A stretch of DNA of 64,000 nucleotides from Gemmatimonadales bacterium. Lineage in GTDB: Bacteria > Gemmatimonadota > Gemmatimonadetes > Gemmatimonadales > GWC2-71-9. The translations under genes and the position numbers were made by a program. Below are positions 60,011-64,000 of this stretch, piece by piece (position 1 is the stretch's first letter; every line of letters starts with the position of its first letter). The stretch lies in NCBI GenBank assembly GCA_039915645.1, contig JBDSMX010000106.1, forward strand, positions 2,973 to 66,972. Direction: 5' to 3'. The notes below the pieces were generated by a model, which saw nothing but the letters and a program-made list of their open reading frames with translations, was not told where the DNA came from and did no database searches.

Positions 60011-61308
60011 GGCAACTCATCGGCAAAAGGGTCGGCAACTTCATCGTGGAACAACGCGGTCAGTCGCTCGCGGGGCTTCACGACCGCCCACCGTCCGTCA
60101 TCCACCAACACTTCGGCGGCACGCGCGCGACTGTTGTAATTCGAGCTCATCACGAAGCCATACGCCCCGGCGCCGAGCACGGCGAGCAGGTCGCCGGCAA
60201 CCACGGGAGGGAGATCGCGCTCGAGGGCAAGGAAGTCGCCGGTCTCGCATACCGGGCCGACAACGTCCATGGCGATCGACGACTGGTGCGACTCCTCGAC
60301 CGTGAGGATGTCATGCCAGGCCTTGTAGAGCGATGGCCGCAGCAGGTCATTCATTCCGGCGTCGACGATGGCGATCTCGCGCCCACCCGAATGCTTCCGA
60401 TGGACCACGCGGGTCAGCAGCAGACCGGCGTTGCCAACCAGGTAGCGACCCGGTTCGACGCCAATGGTGCAGCCGCTTGCCGTCAGTCGATCGCGGAGCG
60501 GGGCGAGCCATTCGTCCGGGCTCAGTGGTGATTCATCGTGATAGCGGATCCCGAGACCGCCGCCGATATCGAGCACCTCCGGCGTGTGCCCCGCGGCCCG
60601 CACCCGCTCAAGCAGCGCCAGCATGCGATCGAGCCCGGCCTCATACGGAGCGGCATCGAGCAGCTGCGACCCCAGGTGCATCGCCACAGCGCCGAGGCGG
60701 AGGCCGGGAGTTTCCTCGAGGACCGCAAGCGCTTCGTCGAGCTGATCGGTGGCGATGCCGAACTTGACGCCACCCTTGCCGGTGGAGATGTACGGGTGGG
60801 TGTTCGCCGTGACATCAGGGTTGAATCGGATGCCCACCGAGACCTGCGCGCCGCGAAGGTCAGCGAGTAGTCCGAGTCGACGCAGTTCGGCGAGTGACTC
60901 GACATTGATGTGGCCAACGCCCGCCGCCATTGCCGCCATCAGCTCTTCGTCGGTCTTCCCTACCCCGCTGAAGACGATGTGCGCGGCAGGAATACCTGCC
61001 GCGAGCGCGCGCAGCAGTTCGCCACCGGAAACGATGTCAGCTCCGGCTCCGAGCTTCCCGAGCAGTCGCAGGACCGCGAGGTTGGAATTCGCCTTGACCG
61101 CATAACAGATCCGGTGGGGCAGCGCACCGAACGCCGCATCGAGCGCACGGTAGCGCGCAGCGATCGTCGGCGCGTCGTAGCAGTACGCCGGCGTACCTGC
61201 CTGTTCGGCAATCTCACTCAGCGGCACACCGCTCATCGCAAGTGCGCCGCCCTCGAGCCGGGTGAGCCCCGCCTCGGCGAGTCGAGGGTCTAGTATGCCT
61301 TGGCCCAC
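60007..61308 (-). CDS. lysA: Diaminopimelate decarboxylase
   Basis: CYAVKANSN (PLP lysine), GGGLGI and CETGD. 4-nt overlap with guaA. Confidence 0.9.
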   Translation of the reverse strand: MGQGILDPRLAEAGLTRLEGGALAMSGVPLSEIAEQAGTPAYCYDAPTIAARYRALDAAFGALPHRICYAVKANSNLAVLRLLGKLGAGADIVSGGELLRALAAGIPAAHIVFSGVGKTDEELMAAMAAGVGHINVESLAELRRLGLLADLRGAQVSVGIRFNPDVTANTHPYISTGKGGVKFGIATDQLDEALAVLEETPGLRLGAVAMHLGSQLLDAAPYEAGLDRMLALLERVRAAGHTPEVLDIGGGLGIRYHDESPLSPDEWLAPLRDRLTASGCTIGVEPGRYLVGNAGLLLTRVVHRKHSGGREIAIVDAGMNDLLRPSLYKAWHDILTVEESHQSSIAMDVVGPVCETGDFLALERDLPPVVAGDLLAVLGAGAYGFVMSSNYNSRARAAEVLVDDGRWAVVKPRERLTALFHDEVADPFADELP

Positions 61309-62738
61309 AGAGCCTCAACCGTGGCGGGCCGCCCGGTCCAGATACAGGTGGTCGGCGCTTCGGCGCTGCGGAACTCCGCATCGGGAAGATTCCGAATCGT
61401 CGCCTTGGTCTGCTCCTTGATCTCGGCCTCGACCGCCGGATCACCGCACCAGCCGGCATAGACAAAGCCCTTGTCGGCGGCAATCCAGTCGATGAACTCC
61501 TGCTTCGACTTCGGATTGCGCAACGTGGCCGCTTCACGGCGAGCCACGGCGGCGTCAAACAGCGCCTGCTGCATGGTCTCCATTTCGGCCTTGAGTCGAT
61601 CGACGATTCCTGCTTGTGGAATCGGCTCCTTCCCGCCGGTTCGCCGGGCAAGCATGGCGCTTCCGTTGGCGAGGTCGCGAGGACCGAGCTCGAGCCGGAG
61701 TGGGACGCCACGCGATTCCCACTCGTAGTACTTGGCGCCGGGCTTCATCCCTTCCCGCTTGTCGCTATTGGTGCGGATGCCGCCAGCACGGAGCTCGGCC
61801 ACCAGAAGGTCGGTTGCCGCGAAGACCTCGTCCCGCTCGGTATCGGTCTTCCAGATCGGCACGATCATCACCTGCCACTGCGCCAGGCGGGGCGGACAGA
61901 CCATTCCGGAATCATCGCCGTGGACCATGATCAGGCCGCCGATCATTCGTGTCGAGACACCCCACGACGTATTCCACACGTGATCGAGACCACCGTCGGC
62001 AGTCTGGTACTTCACGTCGAAGGCCTTGGCGAAGTTCTGGCCGAGGTTGTGGGACGTTCCGGCCTGAAGGGCCTTGTTGTCCTGCATCATCGCTTCGAGC
62101 GAATAGGTACGCAGCGCGCCAGCGAAGCGCTCGCTGTCGGTCTTCCGACCAGTCACGACCGGCATCGCCATCCACTCTTCCATGAAGGTCCGGTAGAGGC
62201 CGAGAATCATCAGCGTCTCGGTCTCGGCTTCAGCCTCGCTGGAGTGCGCGGTATGTCCTTCCTGCCAGAGGAATTCAGTCGTGCGAAGGAAGAGCCGGGT
62301 GCGCATCTCCCAGCGGACCACGTTGGCCCACTGGTTGATCAGCAACGGCAGGTCGCGCCAGCTCTGGATCCACTTCGAGAACATCGCGTAGATGATGGTC
62401 TCGGAGGTCGGACGCACCACCAGCGGCTCCTCGAGCTCCTTGCCGCCGCCGTGCGTCACCACCGCGACTTCAGGTGCGAAGCCCTCGACGTGCTCGGCTT
62501 CCTTCGAGAGGAAGCTTTGCGGAATGAAGAGCGGGAAGTAGGCGTTCTGGTGACCGGTCGCCTTGAACATGTCGTCGAGCGCCCGCTGCATGTTCTCCCA
62601 GATCGCGTATCCGTTCGGACGAATGACCATGCAGCCACGCACCGGCGAGTAGTCCGCCAGCTCGGCCTTCATGATCAGGTCGTTGTACCAGGCAGAGAAG
62701 TCCTGCGCCCGCGTAGTGATTGCTTTCGACTCGGCCAT
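61290..62738 (-). CDS. proS: Prolyl-tRNA synthetase (archaeal/eukaryote-like short type without an INS editing domain)
   Basis: 482 aa. The N-terminus [35 protein letters not shown] and the C-terminal zinc-domain-like end AKAY are typical of the type-3 ProRS layout. Confidence 0.9.
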   Translation of the reverse strand: MAESKAITTRAQDFSAWYNDLIMKAELADYSPVRGCMVIRPNGYAIWENMQRALDDMFKATGHQNAYFPLFIPQSFLSKEAEHVEGFAPEVAVVTHGGGKELEEPLVVRPTSETIIYAMFSKWIQSWRDLPLLINQWANVVRWEMRTRLFLRTTEFLWQEGHTAHSSEAEAETETLMILGLYRTFMEEWMAMPVVTGRKTDSERFAGALRTYSLEAMMQDNKALQAGTSHNLGQNFAKAFDVKYQTADGGLDHVWNTSWGVSTRMIGGLIMVHGDDSGMVCPPRLAQWQVMIVPIWKTDTERDEVFAATDLLVAELRAGGIRTNSDKREGMKPGAKYYEWESRGVPLRLELGPRDLANGSAMLARRTGGKEPIPQAGIVDRLKAEMETMQQALFDAAVARREAATLRNPKSKQEFIDWIAADKGFVYAGWCGDPAVEAEIKEQTKATIRNLPDAEFRSAEAPTTCIWTGRPATVEALWAKAY

Positions 62739-62741
62739 CGG

Positions 62742-64000
62742 TCAGCTCTTCCCGGAAAGTAGGTCGCGACACACGCGGGTCAGATCGGCAAGGGCGACGC
62801 CCTGCTGCGATTTGTCCGCGAAATTCTTGAGCTGCACTTCGCCCTTGGCACGGTCATCCGGCCCGATCACCACGGCCAGCCTGGCGCCACGTGCATCGGC
62901 GACCTTGAGCTGCTTGCCGAGGCCGCTGGTGTGGAAGGCGTACTCGACCCGCAGCCCCGCATCACGCAACTGGTGCGCGATCGCCAGCACGAACGGCTCG
63001 TCCTCCGAGGTGACCGAGGCGACAAACAAGTCCACGCTCGCAGGCGCATCGGGCTTGAGCCCGCGCTCCTTCAGCAACTCGCCCAGCACCACGTCACCCA
63101 TGCCGAATCCAAGCGCGGGGAGATCAACGCCGCCGAGGTTGGCGAGCAAGGTGTCGTAGCGACCACCGCCACAAATTGCGCGGAGGGTGCGCTGGGCATC
63201 AAACAGCTCGAACACCGTGCCGGTGTAGTAGGCGAGCCCGCGCACGATCGACAGATCAAGCTCGATGAATTCGCTGAGGCCCATCGCTGCCAGCGCGTCG
63301 ATCGCCAGTCGCAACGGTTCGCCTGCTGCGAGCGCTGCCGGATACGGTGCGAGCGCCGCCGCGAGGTCGGTCCAGTTGCGCTTGTCGCGAAGCGACTCGA
63401 CGAACTCGAGAGATCCAGCTCGATCGGCGCCCGCAGCATCGAGAAACGCCTGCTTCCGACCGGCGTATTCCGAACGTCCCAGCTTGTCGAGGGCGTGCAT
63501 CAACAGGGGACGATGCTCCGGCGCAATGTCGAGCGCTGCCAGAATTCCGTCGAGGAGGCGTCGATCTGAGAGTCGGACCTTGAAGTCTGCCGCCGTGAGC
63601 CCGAGCTCACGCATCAGATCGATCGCCAGCGCGATGATCTCTGCATCGGCGAGTGGTCCCGCTTCGCCGATGAGGTCACAGTTGAGCTGGAAATGCTCGC
63701 GCAGCCGACCGCGCTGCTGTCGCTCGTAGCGGAACAGCTGCGGGATCGAGAACCACCGAATCGGCTTCTTGAGACCGTTGGCGCGCTCGGCCACCATGCG
63801 CGCGAGGGTCGGCGTCATCTCGGGCCGGAGCGAGACCTCGCGACCACCCTTGTCGGTGAAGTTGTAGAGCTGTCCCACGATCTCGTCGCCGCTCTTCGCC
63901 GTGTAGAGGTCGAGCGGTTCGAGAGGAGGGCCATCGTATTCCTCGAAACCGTATCGCATCGCGACCCGGCGCCAGGCCCCGAAGATATGGGCCCGGAACG
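62742..64000 (-). CDS. hisS: Histidyl-tRNA synthetase; 5' end lies outside the window
   Basis: Motif 2 FRYERQQRGRLREHFQ and motif 3 GGGRYD, plus an anticodon-binding C-terminus. The frame stays open upstream of the tracked Met (..FRAHIFGAWRRVAMRYGFEEY..) to nt 64000. Confidence 0.9.
   Translation of the reverse strand, partial: FRAHIFGAWRRVAMRYGFEEYDGPPLEPLDLYTAKSGDEIVGQLYNFTDKGGREVSLRPEMTPTLARMVAERANGLKKPIRWFSIPQLFRYERQQRGRLREHFQLNCDLIGEAGPLADAEIIALAIDLMRELGLTAADFKVRLSDRRLLDGILAALDIAPEHRPLLMHALDKLGRSEYAGRKQAFLDAAGADRAGSLEFVESLRDKRNWTDLAAALAPYPAALAAGEPLRLAIDALAAMGLSEFIELDLSIVRGLAYYTGTVFELFDAQRTLRAICGGGRYDTLLANLGGVDLPALGFGMGDVVLGELLKERGLKPDAPASVDLFVASVTSEDEPFVLAIAHQLRDAGLRVEYAFHTSGLGKQLKVADARGARLAVVIGPDDRAKGEVQLKNFADKSQQGVALADLTRVCRDLLSGKS

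Noticed and set aside
1-64000. CRISPR arrays, tandem or interspersed repeats, tRNA or rRNA genes, and riboswitch-sized leaders (cobalamin, M-box, purine/ZTP, T-box).
   Set aside because: Visual scanning found no repeat-spacer periodicity. Intergenic space is almost nil, and the largest gaps are 161, 102, 93 and 77 nt. None of them shows the conserved cores of these RNAs. A computational repeat and Rfam scan would be needed to exclude them formally.

Overview
High-GC (about 65-70% by eye), very gene-dense bacterial chromosome segment. I call 57 protein genes, one tmRNA and almost no non-coding DNA. I found no tRNA or rRNA genes, CRISPR array, IS element, integrase or prophage. The content is core metabolism arranged in four long co-directional arrays, and most neighbouring genes share 1-8 nt start/stop overlaps (ATGA, GTGA, TTGA). 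(1) Minus strand 16826->1: aspS-phoH-ybeY-corC-corC-mgtE-meaB, a split B12 acyl-CoA mutase, an acyl-CoA carboxyltransferase, an S8 peptidase and an AtuA-like gene. (2) Minus strand 34006->21871: trpD, then lexA on the opposite strand, then trpC-trpF-trpB-[HEAT-repeat protein]-[HD-GYP protein]-trpA-folK-panBCD-HD hydrolase-LytR_C. (3) Plus strand 34109->48992: truA-htrA-purB-purC-psd-pssA-purS-purQ-purL-purF-ppdK-purE-purK. (4) Minus strand 64000->58457: hisS-proS-lysA-guaA. A tmRNA gene at 53128-53488 (minus) is missed by the ORF track and covered by two spurious ORFs. I do not see an obvious defence island or mobile system. The two best candidates for unexplained biology are an eRF1/Pelota-like (bacterial aeRF1-type) gene wedged between the two subunits of the B12 mutase, and a HEAT-repeat/HD-GYP gene pair that shares an N-terminal module and sits between trpB and trpA through GTGA overlaps. 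Product calls rest on motifs read by eye and remembered family signatures, because no database search was possible. Many start codons were re-assigned from the ORF track using overlaps and Shine-Dalgarno sequences. Lineage is a guess only (Gemmatimonadota-like or a similar high-GC phylum).
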